This document shows, piece after piece, positions 54,752 to 64,000 of a DNA stretch of 64,000 bases. Under the pieces are notes generated by a model, which worked only from the letters and a program-made list of their open reading frames with translations, had not been told where the DNA came from and did no database searches. Position 1 is the first letter of the stretch. Each line of letters begins with the position of its first letter. The DNA comes from Verrucomicrobiales bacterium (lineage in GTDB: Bacteria; Verrucomicrobiota; Verrucomicrobiia; Limisphaerales; Palsa-1400). A program made the translations under genes and the position numbers. The DNA is taken from NCBI GenBank assembly GCA_003138485.1, contig PLGF01000173.1:31281-95280 (forward strand), in the 5' to 3' direction.

Positions 54752-56566
54752 ATGGCGGACCACCCTGTTTATGATGTGCTGATTGCCGGTGGCGGATTGG
54801 CTGGGCAATGCCTGGCCCGCCAACTCAAGCTCGCCCGTCCGGGTCTGTCCGTCGCCGTGGTTGATTATGAAAAAAGGCCTCTGCCCGAAGCGGCCTTCAA
54901 GGTCGGCGAAGCCACCTCGGAACTCGGCGCCCACTATTTTGCCGTCAAACTTCAGCTCAAGGATTACCTCAATCGCGATCAGCTTCTGAAGAACGGCCTC
55001 CGCTTTTTTTTCGGCGATGCGCAAGGCCCGTTGCAAGATCGTCCCGAGTACGGGCCGCGGCAGTTCCCGCCCATTTCGTCGTTCCAATTGGACCGCGGCA
55101 GACTGGAAAATCATTTGCGCGATCTCAATCAGGCTGCGGGCATCGCGTTGCTGGAAGGTTTCGCCGTGGGGGAAATCTCGCTCGGCGACAATGACGCGCC
55201 GCATACGACAGTCGCAATGGAACGCGACGGAGGCGAAAGGATTTCAATTCGCTCGACTTGGGTGGTGGACTGCACAGGGCGCCGGAGGATGCTTCAGAAG
55301 AAATTGAATCTCTGCCTGCCAAGTCCGTTGAAACACAGCGCGAGCTGGTTCCGCGTGAGGGGAGAGTGCAAGGTGGAGAACTTTGTGCCGGCGGACAATG
55401 TCGCCTGGCACGGGCAAGTTCCCGGCGGCATCCGTCATCGCTCCACCAACCATCTGGTGGGCCGCGGATACTGGGTTTGGCTCATTCCCCTTTCCTCCGG
55501 CAACACCAGCATCGGCATCGTTGTGGACGAGAGAATTCATCCGATTGCGGAGATCAACACCTGGGAAATGGCGCTGGCTTGGCTGGCGATTCATGAACCG
55601 GTCGTGGCACGGAACCTTGAAGGGGCCAGTGTGATGGATTTTTTGTTTCTCCGCGATTTCAGCTACGAAACCAAACAATTCTATTCCGCCGGCCGTTGGG
55701 CGTGCGTGGGCGAGGCGGCGGCGTTTCTTGACCCATTTTACAGTCCCGGCTCGGATTTCATCGCGATGGGCAACACGATGGCGACGCGTCTCATCAGCCG
55801 GCATTTCGAGAGAGGCCTGACCGACGCCGCCGTGGAGCAGAGCAACGCCACAATGTTGATGCTGCATCGCGCCTTCACCGAGGTTTTCCGCGACCAATAT
55901 CCGACGTTTGGCCGCGCGAAGGTGATGACGGCGAAAATTATTTGGGACAACGCCTCGTATTGGGTGTTCGTCTGCCAGGCGTTTTTTCAGGACATTTTTT
56001 TCGATGACGATTCCCTTGACCGCTACAGCCGCGTGTTCGACCGGTTTTACCAGCTCAATCTGCGCGTGCAGCAGTTGTTTCGCGATTGGGCGGCGCTTGG
56101 CCGCGACGGTTCCGGCTATGATTATCTGGGCTATGCGGATTTTCCGGTGGCCGCGCGCAGCCATCTGGAACTCGCCCGCAAAATGAGGCCGCGCCGTCTT
56201 CTGGAATGGCTTGAGTCAAACCTGGAGCGTTTTCGCGCGTGGGCCATTGTGCTCTTTCTCATCGCCATCGAAGATGCCGCTCCGGAATGGCGCGGGCGGA
56301 TCGCGGAGAAACACCTGACGACGGAGTTGATTGATTTGAATAATCTCCAGGCCGCCGCCGACGGGCGCGCTCCGAACCGCGCCGAAAGAAATCCCCCAGC
56401 GGCCGAAATCACCTCAATGAAACGCCAGATGACAAAGCTATTTCCCCATTATGATTGCCTGCGGGAAACCTCTGGCAGCGGCCAGCCCGCCGTTGCAACG
56501 AATAGCGTTGGACGGCCCCCGTCCAGAGCGGATGATTTCATTGCTTCAACGGCTCCACCGTTGTGA
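54752..56566 (+). CDS. flavin-dependent halogenase (tryptophan-halogenase family)
   Basis: FAD motif VLIAGGGLAGQ plus the family-specific WxWxIP motif (GRGYWVWLIPL). Confidence 0.65.
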   Translation: MADHPVYDVLIAGGGLAGQCLARQLKLARPGLSVAVVDYEKRPLPEAAFKVGEATSELGAHYFAVKLQLKDYLNRDQLLKNGLRFFFGDAQGPLQDRPEYGPRQFPPISSFQLDRGRLENHLRDLNQAAGIALLEGFAVGEISLGDNDAPHTTVAMERDGGERISIRSTWVVDCTGRRRMLQKKLNLCLPSPLKHSASWFRVRGECKVENFVPADNVAWHGQVPGGIRHRSTNHLVGRGYWVWLIPLSSGNTSIGIVVDERIHPIAEINTWEMALAWLAIHEPVVARNLEGASVMDFLFLRDFSYETKQFYSAGRWACVGEAAAFLDPFYSPGSDFIAMGNTMATRLISRHFERGLTDAAVEQSNATMLMLHRAFTEVFRDQYPTFGRAKVMTAKIIWDNASYWVFVCQAFFQDIFFDDDSLDRYSRVFDRFYQLNLRVQQLFRDWAALGRDGSGYDYLGYADFPVAARSHLELARKMRPRRLLEWLESNLERFRAWAIVLFLIAIEDAAPEWRGRIAEKHLTTELIDLNNLQAAADGRAPNRAERNPPAAEITSMKRQMTKLFPHYDCLRETSGSGQPAVATNSVGRPPSRADDFIASTAPPL

Positions 56567-57209
56567 AGTCCGGTTCCATTTTCACCTCAAACAACTGCGG
56601 GTCCAACGGCGGGTTCACCACGGGATGGTAAAATTCGTTGCGGAGGCTGGAACCATCGCTGAATGTCAACGCCGTGCCGACGGGCGTAAAGTCGTCCTCG
56701 CGAAAACTGATGTCGAGCCGCGCGATGAACTTGCGCGCCGCCCCGCTGCGCGGCTGCAGCGCCAGGGTGGCGACGCCGTTGGTCTCCGTCAGCGCGAGGA
56801 TTTGGAACTTGGCCTCCATGTTGGTGCGGCTGCGGGGGAAGCTCGCCTCAAGCAGTGCCAGCGCATCCTGCCACGGGCCGGGGTGGGCGGAGAGCAGCGG
56901 ATATTTCTCCACCCGTTTGAGACGGGGATAGACGATCATCAGTTCCGCCGCTTGGCGCAGGGCGATCGTTTGCGGCGGCTGCCCCAACTCCCAGCGGAAC
57001 CGGTCCGGCACGGCGATCCAGACCTTGCCGTCGGCAACGAGCGGCTGCGCCAGCGTCTTGAAACTGCGCGTCTGCACGATGTCCGCCGTCCACGTGCGCA
57101 GGTTCGCCTGCGCGGCGATCCACTTGTCCAGCAGATCGGCGGAACGGGCCGGAACGCCTGATAAAATGAACAGGATCGCCAGAAGCGGAATTCTTCCAAA
57201 AAAAGCCAT
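56538..57209 (-). CDS. LolA-like outer-membrane lipoprotein carrier / sorting protein (second copy)
   Basis: Signal peptide MAFFGRIPLLAILFILSGVPARSA. LolA-like features (WTADIVQTRSFKTLAQPLVADGKVWIAVPDRFRWEL). The start is set at the internal Met. Confidence 0.55.
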   Translation of the reverse strand: MAFFGRIPLLAILFILSGVPARSADLLDKWIAAQANLRTWTADIVQTRSFKTLAQPLVADGKVWIAVPDRFRWELGQPPQTIALRQAAELMIVYPRLKRVEKYPLLSAHPGPWQDALALLEASFPRSRTNMEAKFQILALTETNGVATLALQPRSGAARKFIARLDISFREDDFTPVGTALTFSDGSSLRNEFYHPVVNPPLDPQLFEVKMEPDFTTVEPLKQ

Positions 57210-57294
57210 CTGGAGATTATGGGGGGCCACCGCCGCAAACGCACGCCTGTTTTCCGGGCGCTTGACGAGCGGCTCAGGTTTGCCATGCTGCGAA

Positions 57295-58581
57295 ATGAAA
57301 ATGGATTCCGCGTCTCCGGCAAATTGTTTTTGCGCGCCGTTCGCGCTCCGACGGCTCGCGGCCGCCGGCGGCGCGATGGCGCTGGTTTTTTTCGGGCTGT
57401 GCGGAACCGGCTGCCGCACCACCGCCACGCGCCAGATTTCCGACCCGGCCCCGGCCGTCGCGCGGCTGCGCGCGGGGGGAGGCGTCCGGGCTGAATCGGA
57501 CGCGTTGGTAAAACCGTTGCTGGCCAGCGGCGAAGTTTTCGGGATGGTCGTGGGAGTGGTCACGCCGGACGGAGCGACGCAGAGTTTCAGTTACGGACGG
57601 AGCGGACGCGCCGGCGACACGAACGCACCCGGTCCGGACGACCTGTTTCAAATCGGCTCGGTCTCCAAGTTGTTTACAGAAACGCTCCTGATGCAGTTGG
57701 AAGCCGAAGGGCAAATAAGCGACGACGCCACGGTGCGCGACATCCTGCCGGCGAGCCTTGTTGTGACGCCGGAGGCGGGGCGGCTGACGGTGCATCAACT
57801 GGCCACGCACACGGGCGGCCTGCCGCGCGAGCCGAAGACATTGCGCCAGCTCGGCTGTTTCCTCGGCTACCTCGTCACGGGCAACAACCTTTACGCGTGC
57901 CTGACCATTCCTTATCTGCAAGAATACCTGCGCCACGCGCGGCCGCGGCCCAAATCACCGCCGGCCTATGTTTATTCCAATCTCGGCGCGGGCCTGCTCG
58001 GTTATTTGATCGCGGAGAAAACCGGACGCCCGGCAACGGATTTGATCGTGGAAAAAATCTGCCGGCCGCTGCGCATGAATGACTCGGTCTTTTTCCCCAA
58101 TGCGGAGCAGCAAAGCCGCCTGGCCGTCGGGCACGTCGGCAGCCAGGCGTGCTGGAAACCCGGCAACTGTCCCCTGGCCCCGTGGGACATGGGAGATTTG
58201 CTGCGGCCCTCCATCGGAATGTATTCGAGCGTGAGCGACCTGCTGATTTTCGCGCGGGCCAATCTGGGGATGCTCCATCTGCCGGTCGAGTCCGCGCTGG
58301 CGGCGACGCACCGCCCGCAAATCCAGACCCCGCGCGGCGGCGAGGCGCTGGGTTGGATCATCAATTACTTTGACAACGGACGGCGCGTCCTCACGTTCAA
58401 GGACGGCATGGCATCCGGCTACCGCGCCTACGTCGGGCTGGACCTGGACGCGCGCGTGGCCGTGGTGGTGCTGTCAAACAAGTTTAGCTGGGACGAAAAA
58501 GTCGGCCACAACCTGCTCTTGCGCCTGGCTGAAGCCCGCGCCGGGGCCGCGGCCAAGGCGGCCCGAATTACTGGGTCTTGA
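57295..58581 (+). CDS. serine hydrolase of the beta-lactamase / penicillin-binding-protein fold (class C-like)
   Basis: SxxK motif in context (DLFQIGSVSKLFT), YxN-like and downstream motifs; signal peptide or TM at the N-terminus. The start is uncertain (57295 or 57301). Confidence 0.6.
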   Translation: MKMDSASPANCFCAPFALRRLAAAGGAMALVFFGLCGTGCRTTATRQISDPAPAVARLRAGGGVRAESDALVKPLLASGEVFGMVVGVVTPDGATQSFSYGRSGRAGDTNAPGPDDLFQIGSVSKLFTETLLMQLEAEGQISDDATVRDILPASLVVTPEAGRLTVHQLATHTGGLPREPKTLRQLGCFLGYLVTGNNLYACLTIPYLQEYLRHARPRPKSPPAYVYSNLGAGLLGYLIAEKTGRPATDLIVEKICRPLRMNDSVFFPNAEQQSRLAVGHVGSQACWKPGNCPLAPWDMGDLLRPSIGMYSSVSDLLIFARANLGMLHLPVESALAATHRPQIQTPRGGEALGWIINYFDNGRRVLTFKDGMASGYRAYVGLDLDARVAVVVLSNKFSWDEKVGHNLLLRLAEARAGAAAKAARITGS

Positions 58582-59044
58582 GCCGAACGGGTTTGCCCCG
58601 ATAAGTGATTTCCTTCGACCAATACAGGAACGGACACCCGCGCATGCGGCTGGTCGAGGAGCGCTCAATGATTGCATCCGCTTCGGGCGTCTTGGCGAGC
58701 GCGTTGTAATACGCGCGCTCCGACACTGGATCCACAAAAAAGCAGGGTACCCACGGCCCGTTCGGGCACGCGCAATGATCCTCGAAAAACTTGACTCCGA
58801 GAACCTGCCAATTGGTCCCGTCGATGACGCGCACGATTCCGAGCACGTAAGCGTCCTCGCGCGAAGAGCCTTCCACAGGGTCAAGGACCACCAGGTCCTG
58901 GCGTGGCACCTGGGTTTCGAGATTCAACTGCCCGAACCGGATGACCGGCTTGTAGTTCCCGGTCGCACAGCCCGCCAGCAGCGCGCAGGACACTGCCAAC
59001 CAGCCGCTTCCTTTGAATAACCGTCCAATCGAGATTGTTTTCAT
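58568..59044 (-). CDS. lipoprotein, unknown function
   Basis: Lipobox LLAGCAT after a signal peptide. Confidence 0.5.
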   Translation of the reverse strand: MKTISIGRLFKGSGWLAVSCALLAGCATGNYKPVIRFGQLNLETQVPRQDLVVLDPVEGSSREDAYVLGIVRVIDGTNWQVLGVKFFEDHCACPNGPWVPCFFVDPVSERAYYNALAKTPEADAIIERSSTSRMRGCPFLYWSKEITYRGKPVRLKTQ

Positions 59045-59245
59045 ACCTTCAAATCATAGCATGGAAACTCCGTTCTTGCACCGGCATTCAGAAACGGCCT
59101 GGCGTGGCAGCCAGCGGACAGCGTGAAGTGGCGATTGACATAATGGGACCATTTCGATACTTTCGGTCACGCTTTGCGCGGCCCAGCGGCCGGGATAATA
59201 AATTCGGGAGCCGGGTCGCCAGAAAATGCGAAAATTGAAACGTCC

Positions 59246-59830
59246 ATGAAAATCAAAAGACTTGCCATTCATTCCCTTGCTCTTTGTCTTGCGTTCGCCC
59301 TGCCTCTCGCCGCATGTGCCGGGTCCAAGCTCATCAAAGCTCAGAGGATTGCATCCCCGCCCAGCGGAAAGGCCCTTGTCAATTTCCACAGGCCCACTGC
59401 GTACGGCGGCACGGAGAGATTTCCCATCTTTGACGGCACGGGCAAAATGTTGATTGACCTCCCTGGCAAATCCGAGTTTCAACTCGTCTGCGATCCGGGC
59501 GAACAGTTGTTCATCGCCTGGGCCGATCATGTCACCGTCGTCAAAGCGGATATGGCGGCGGACAAGACTTACGATATCATGGTGGACGTCGGCATGGGTT
59601 GGATGGAGGCGAACATCCGGTTGATGCCTCTGTCCAAGAGCGACCCAAGGAGAGCCAAATTGGATGAGTTTGAAAAGCGCGAAACGCATGTGTGGGCCAT
59701 GGAGCGAAACAAACACGTCATTGATTACGAAGCCAAGAACCAGGATAGGGTTCAACAAATCAAGAAGGACTTTATCGCCGGCGAAAAGTCCGACCGGATT
59801 GGATCTTTGAGCAAGAGCGACTGCCGGTAA
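59246..59830 (+). CDS. lipoprotein, unknown function
   Basis: Lipobox LAACAG after the signal peptide MKIKRLAIHSLALCLAFALP. Confidence 0.5.
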   Translation: MKIKRLAIHSLALCLAFALPLAACAGSKLIKAQRIASPPSGKALVNFHRPTAYGGTERFPIFDGTGKMLIDLPGKSEFQLVCDPGEQLFIAWADHVTVVKADMAADKTYDIMVDVGMGWMEANIRLMPLSKSDPRRAKLDEFEKRETHVWAMERNKHVIDYEAKNQDRVQQIKKDFIAGEKSDRIGSLSKSDCR

Positions 59831-59836
59831 GCTCGA

Positions 59837-62800
59837 TCATTTCTTCGAAGCAACCAGCAGCAGATTTGATCCAAGGCCGGAGCCGCTTCGGACTTCAACT
59901 TTCCCAAAACCCGCCTCGCGCAACAACGCGAGGTGGGTTTCTTCGCCTTCAAAATGCAGGCCGTGGCGGGTTTTATTCTGGCCGAACCGCACGGCCCATC
60001 TTTCGGCGCGCGCCACCGCGCGGTGGCCGGAATCCTCCCTTGCCATTGCGTCCCGGATGACCACGCAGCCGCCCGGACGCAACGCGGCAAATACTTTGCG
60101 CAGCACCTCCGCCTTGAGGTCGCGCGGGAAATAATGCAGTACGTCGCACAGCAGCGCGCAGTCGCACGCGGGATACTCCGGCCATTCCAGAATGTCGCGC
60201 CGCTCAAATGTCACCCGTGGATTCGACCGCGCCGTGACCCGCGCCACGCGGATTTTTTCCACGTCAAAATCCACTCCATGCGCGCGGCGTTCCGGCGTGA
60301 AGAGCGTCAGCCAATGCGCCACAAGGCCGTAGCCGCAGCCCACATCCAGGATTTCTCCGCCGGCCGGAACGGCCTTTTCCACGGCGCCGAACAGCGGGTC
60401 GGTCTTCATTTTCCAATAGACAAACTGCGAGACATACGGCCCTTGAAAACGGTAGAGACGGCTGACAGCGCGGCGCGTTTGGGCCGGCGTGGGATTGGAA
60501 ATCATCGGACGGCGCGAATTCATTTCCACCAGCCAGCGCATGGACAGCGGCAGAAGCGATAACGTCCCCAGCAAACTGAAACTAATGCCCAGCAACGCCG
60601 TCAGCCCGACCGAAAACAAGGCCGGATGACGCGCCAGCACCAGCACGCCTGTGCCGAGCAGCGCCGTCAGCGCGCACATCGTCACCGCGGCGCCCGTGGC
60701 CGCCGAGCGCTCCGGGCGGCCGCGCAACGGTTCCAGCTCGCCCAACACCAAAAACAGGCTGTAATCGCCGCCCACGCCGACGACGAAGATGACGAACACA
60801 AAATTGGCGGCGTCAATGGGCAGGCCGCAAAGTCCCAGCGAACCGAGCGTCCAAAATACGCCCGCGGCCATTGGCAGCAGAGTGACCAACACCAGCTCAA
60901 TCCGCCCCAGCAGCAGAAAAAGCAGAAACGCATTCAGCGCCGCCACGAGCAATCCAAACACCGGCAGCGCCCGCCGCGCGACTTGCGCGATCTCGTCGGA
61001 CAAAGCCGCCTTGTTGAGCAGCAAAGCGTCCGGCACGGCGAGCTTCACCGCCGCGCGAAGCCGGCGGAATTCTTCCGTGCCGCCTGCCTTCACGAGCGTT
61101 GTCACGTAAATCCTGCCATCGCGCTCGCTCCAGAAATCGGCGGCCAGGCGGTTCAACCCGGAATTGGTTTCCGTCGGCGCCGCGGTCTCCGGCTGGGAAA
61201 TGTTCTCCAAAAACGGCGTGAAGGTTTCGGGCCGGAATCCAAGCCTGGCGGCGGCGGCGAGAAGCGAGTCATGCAGTTGGGACTGCCGCGCGGCCGTCCA
61301 GAAATTCCGCCAGTCGCGCCTGTTTGCCGCCTGTGTCCGCGCCGAGGGCATCAGCGGCGCAATGGAGGAAAAGGATTCCAGGACGTTTTGTCCGCGCATG
61401 GTTTCCAGCGCCGCGAACACTTTCTCATTTTTCGTCAGAACTTCTTCGCGCGTCGTTCCGCCGACCACGATGGTTGTCAGTGAAAGCGCGTTCCCCCAGC
61501 TTTCGCGGATGGTCTTTTCGTCCTCTCGCGTGCCGGGCGTCACGCCGTTGAGCCGCGCCAGATCGCCGTCGAATTTCAGGCGGGCCGCTCCCGCGGCGCA
61601 GACGAGCGTGAAGAGAACCAGCGCCGCCAGGACGAAGCCTCCGTGCGCGGTCCGCCAGTCGAGCCATCGCTGGAGCAGGCCTGTCAAAGGCAGCGGACGG
61701 GCATCGGCGATGGCTTGCACCGGAATAAACAGCGGCAGAATCAGCAGGGCGAACAGCGCCGCCATCCCGACGCCGACCACGCCAAACAAGCCGAGTTGCC
61801 GGTGGCCGGAAACCGGCGAGAGGAACATGACGAAGAAGGCCGCCATGGTCGTGAGCGCGCCGAAGGAAAGCGCCGGAACCAGCCCGGCGACGACGCCCGC
61901 GAGTTCTTCGCGGCTGGCCGGCGGAGAATCGTCAAGCAGATAGACGATATAGACCCCGTAATCCACAGTCGCTCCGATCAACATGCTGCCGCAGCCAAGC
62001 GCAACGGAGGAAACCAGGTCGCCGGTCAGAAAGAGAACGGCGACCGCCCCCAGCGCGCCGAAGGCCACCGGAACCAAGGCCATCAACGCCAGCCAGCGGC
62101 GGCGGCACGCCAGAAGGATCAGCGCCGCGATGGCCACGAGGGCGATGACGCTCGTCCGCGCGGTATCGGCGCGGATCATCCCGGCGTTGTCAAGCGCGGC
62201 GCGATGCGCGCCGGTGACGGAAATCCTCACCGCGCCGTCCGGAAATTCTTTCTCGACCGAGCGGGCGGCATTCAGCACCGATTGGATGAGCGCGGCGCTT
62301 TTGCCGGTTTCCGACGAGCGGAATTGCGGCGCGGCGTTGATGAGCGCGTGGCAGCCGTCCGCGCTGGTGATCCGCCCGCCAACGATGCGCGCGCCGCCGG
62401 CGCCCGCCTGCAAGCCGCGAAGCCGGGCCGACACGGCATCACTGATGCCGGCGGGGTCCGTCCGCGCGACGTCTTTGAACATCATCCCCTGCGGCTGCAT
62501 CATGGATTTTTTCAGCCACGCGAGCCGTGCTTCCAAACTGGCTTCCGTCAGGCGCGGTTCCAGTTGGCGCAGATCACTTGAGTTGAGCAGCGCCGGCAAT
62601 TGCGATTGCAACTGGCGGTAGGCCGCGGCCATTTCGGCGTCGTCGATTTCGCCGCGCAAATCGGCGAGCTGTGGAATTTCGCGAAGTTCGGAGGTCATTC
62701 GCGCGGCGGCCGCGGCAAGTTCCTGGGCATTGGTTGTGACGGTCGCCACATCAATGTAAATGCGCTCAGCCTGCCGGATTTCCTTGAGCGCCGCGATCTG

Positions 62801-62968
62801 TTCGGCGATGGCGGGCGCGGACATCGGCAAAACGTCCGTGAAGTCTTCATTCAGCTTGAGCCTGCGCCCCATGAACAATGAAGCGCAGACAAACGCGGCA
62901 AAAAGCAGCAGAACGATCTTCCGGTGACGCGCCAGACACAGATGCAGTTGGACAAAGCGGCCGGTCAT
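59837..62968 (-). CDS. fusion: MMPL/RND-superfamily lipid exporter (12 TM) with a C-terminal class I SAM-dependent methyltransferase domain
   Basis: The N-terminal ~800 aa have two 6-TM bundles with large periplasmic loops, typical of the MMPL exporters of aryl-polyene clusters. The C-terminal ~200 aa have the SAM motif ILDVGCGYG and the MTase fold. Confidence 0.7.
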   Translation of the reverse strand: MTGRFVQLHLCLARHRKIVLLLFAAFVCASLFMGRRLKLNEDFTDVLPMSAPAIAEQIAALKEIRQAERIYIDVATVTTNAQELAAAAARMTSELREIPQLADLRGEIDDAEMAAAYRQLQSQLPALLNSSDLRQLEPRLTEASLEARLAWLKKSMMQPQGMMFKDVARTDPAGISDAVSARLRGLQAGAGGARIVGGRITSADGCHALINAAPQFRSSETGKSAALIQSVLNAARSVEKEFPDGAVRISVTGAHRAALDNAGMIRADTARTSVIALVAIAALILLACRRRWLALMALVPVAFGALGAVAVLFLTGDLVSSVALGCGSMLIGATVDYGVYIVYLLDDSPPASREELAGVVAGLVPALSFGALTTMAAFFVMFLSPVSGHRQLGLFGVVGVGMAALFALLILPLFIPVQAIADARPLPLTGLLQRWLDWRTAHGGFVLAALVLFTLVCAAGAARLKFDGDLARLNGVTPGTREDEKTIRESWGNALSLTTIVVGGTTREEVLTKNEKVFAALETMRGQNVLESFSSIAPLMPSARTQAANRRDWRNFWTAARQSQLHDSLLAAAARLGFRPETFTPFLENISQPETAAPTETNSGLNRLAADFWSERDGRIYVTTLVKAGGTEEFRRLRAAVKLAVPDALLLNKAALSDEIAQVARRALPVFGLLVAALNAFLLFLLLGRIELVLVTLLPMAAGVFWTLGSLGLCGLPIDAANFVFVIFVVGVGGDYSLFLVLGELEPLRGRPERSAATGAAVTMCALTALLGTGVLVLARHPALFSVGLTALLGISFSLLGTLSLLPLSMRWLVEMNSRRPMISNPTPAQTRRAVSRLYRFQGPYVSQFVYWKMKTDPLFGAVEKAVPAGGEILDVGCGYGLVAHWLTLFTPERRAHGVDFDVEKIRVARVTARSNPRVTFERRDILEWPEYPACDCALLCDVLHYFPRDLKAEVLRKVFAALRPGGCVVIRDAMAREDSGHRAVARAERWAVRFGQNKTRHGLHFEGEETHLALLREAGFGKVEVRSGSGLGSNLLLVASKK

Positions 62969-64000
62969 GCAGGCGGATTATTTTTGGGGGCGAACAAGCG
63001 GCCGACAAGCCAGGTGACAATCGTGCCGGCGATTCCAACCAGAATTCCCAGAGCGATGCTGCCCAAAAACCATTCGGTGAAGCGGGTCGGAACGTCCTTC
63101 AGCAGCGTTGTGGCGTTGAGCGGGAGCAGGCCGCCCGTGCGCAGGAAATGGCCCAGCAGCAGCCCGCCGGCCATGATGAACGGCGCGGCGAGCGGAAAGG
63201 AAATGTTGCTCGCGGTCACGGCGATGGCTTTGTTCAACCGGAGTTTATGCGCGAGCGCGGCGGCGGTGATCATTTGAAAACCCCAGATGGGCGCGATGCC
63301 GCAGAAAAGCCCCAGCCCGACCGCGAAGGCCACTTTCGCCGGCGTGTCCGCGTGCTCGGTAAACAGCAGGCGCATTACCGTTTCCACTCGCCTGCCGTGC
63401 GGCAGACGATGCAAGTGGCCGGAGGCGGAGATTTTCCGCAGCGGCGCCGGGAGGCAAAACCTCTGAATGGAAAGCCGCGAGTGCAGGAACGAAATCGCAG
63501 CCATGTCGCTCCACGGATTGAAGTGCGAAAGGCGGGAAGTCGCCGCCTGGTAATCGGCGGACACCGGATGCGCCGCCAGCGGGATGCCGGCCCACGCGGC
63601 CTTGACCATGATCTCCAATTCGTAGGCGTAGCGCCCCGATTTAAGGCGGAGCCTGTTGACGGTTTTGAGCGGATAGCCGCGGTAGCCGCATTGCGTGTCG
63701 GCGAGGTTCACGCCAGTCTCAACCTTGAACCAGAATGTGGAAAGGCTGTTGGTCACGCGGCGGCCGCGCGGCGCTTTTTCCTTCACCAGGTCGCGCACGC
63801 CGATGATCAACGCCTCCGGCTCCATCCGGCTGGCGGAGGCGAGCGCCGCCAGTTCCCGCGTCGCGTGCTGGCCGTCGGCATCAATGGTTATGGCGTGTGT
63901 GAAGCCGCGTTTTTCCGCCTCGGCAAACCCGGCGCGCAGCGCGGCCCCCTTGCCCTGGTTGCGCGGCAGCGCGATGACGCTGATGCCCTTTTCCGCGGCG
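62965..64000 (-). CDS. glycosyltransferase family 2 (polyprenol-phosphate sugar transferase-like) with a C-terminal membrane domain; 5' end lies beyond the window
   Basis: The reverse-strand translation continues to the window edge (…ISVIALPRNQGKGAALRAGF…ITIDADGQH…QCGYRGYPL). DxD-like DADGQH and QCGYR motifs are present, followed by 3-4 TM helices. Confidence 0.7.
   Translation of the reverse strand, partial: AAEKGISVIALPRNQGKGAALRAGFAEAEKRGFTHAITIDADGQHATRELAALASASRMEPEALIIGVRDLVKEKAPRGRRVTNSLSTFWFKVETGVNLADTQCGYRGYPLKTVNRLRLKSGRYAYELEIMVKAAWAGIPLAAHPVSADYQAATSRLSHFNPWSDMAAISFLHSRLSIQRFCLPAPLRKISASGHLHRLPHGRRVETVMRLLFTEHADTPAKVAFAVGLGLFCGIAPIWGFQMITAAALAHKLRLNKAIAVTASNISFPLAAPFIMAGGLLLGHFLRTGGLLPLNATTLLKDVPTRFTEWFLGSIALGILVGIAGTIVTWLVGRLFAPKNNPPA

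Overview
This is a high-GC (~62-65%) chromosomal window, most likely from a Gram-negative bacterium of the PVC/Verrucomicrobia-like type (weak inference from Chlamydial-Pmp-type repeats, giant Ser/Thr kinase-WD40 proteins and an LpxC-FabZ fusion). Layout from left to right:

- **1-2915:** a REP-associated tyrosine transposase (RAYT) bracketed by REP hairpin clusters, a low-GC secreted T/N/G/Y-rich protein, decayed MNT/HEPN toxin-antitoxin fragments and tRNA-Gln(TTG).
- **2918-7209:** a core operon on the minus strand, nusB-PHP phosphoesterase-ftsY-ribD-ribE, plus a YgdI/YgdR-type lipoprotein.
- **7262-9400:** a 2.1-kb non-coding stretch that is a mosaic of several dispersed MITE/REP-like repeat families, with iteron-like tandem repeats and a TIR-bounded structured element just upstream of a giant gene.
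- **9400-16953:** two giant secreted repeat proteins (He_PIG/Ig-like, CarboxypepD_reg-like and InlB-B-type repeats); the second is split by a frameshift in a G4 run.
- **16960-19400:** a low-GC insertion carrying a candidate PD-(D/E)XK nuclease, a transposase remnant and a C5 cytosine DNA methyltransferase, bracketed by short direct repeats.
- **19457-29443:** housekeeping genes: nadB, a polysaccharide deacetylase, a CBM48 protein, tadA, a NUDIX hydrolase, a frameshifted flotillin/SPFH gene, lpxC-fabZ (fused), lpxA and a double-GAF histidine kinase.
- **30425-40231 (minus strand):** a giant surface protein (BNR/Ycf48-like, Ig-like and Pmp-repeat beta-helix), a BspA-type LRR protein and a 1289-aa Ser/Thr kinase-WD40 protein.
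- **41568 to the window end:** a large aryl-polyene/flexirubin-like lipid biosynthetic cluster. It encodes two ACPs, a KS-CLF fusion, FabD, FabG, FabZ-like DH, thioesterase, PlsC, two LolA-like proteins, an MMPL exporter fused to a methyltransferase, GT2, deacetylase and a flavin-dependent halogenase. Unusual extras are a GNAT-aminotransferase fusion, a GcvT-like protein, a C45 acyltransferase and a beta-lactamase-fold hydrolase.

The most striking sequence-level observation is a conserved ~75-aa C-terminal domain ending in R-F-Y-R-V shared by all four large secreted proteins in the window. This is a candidate undescribed C-terminal sorting/secretion tag.
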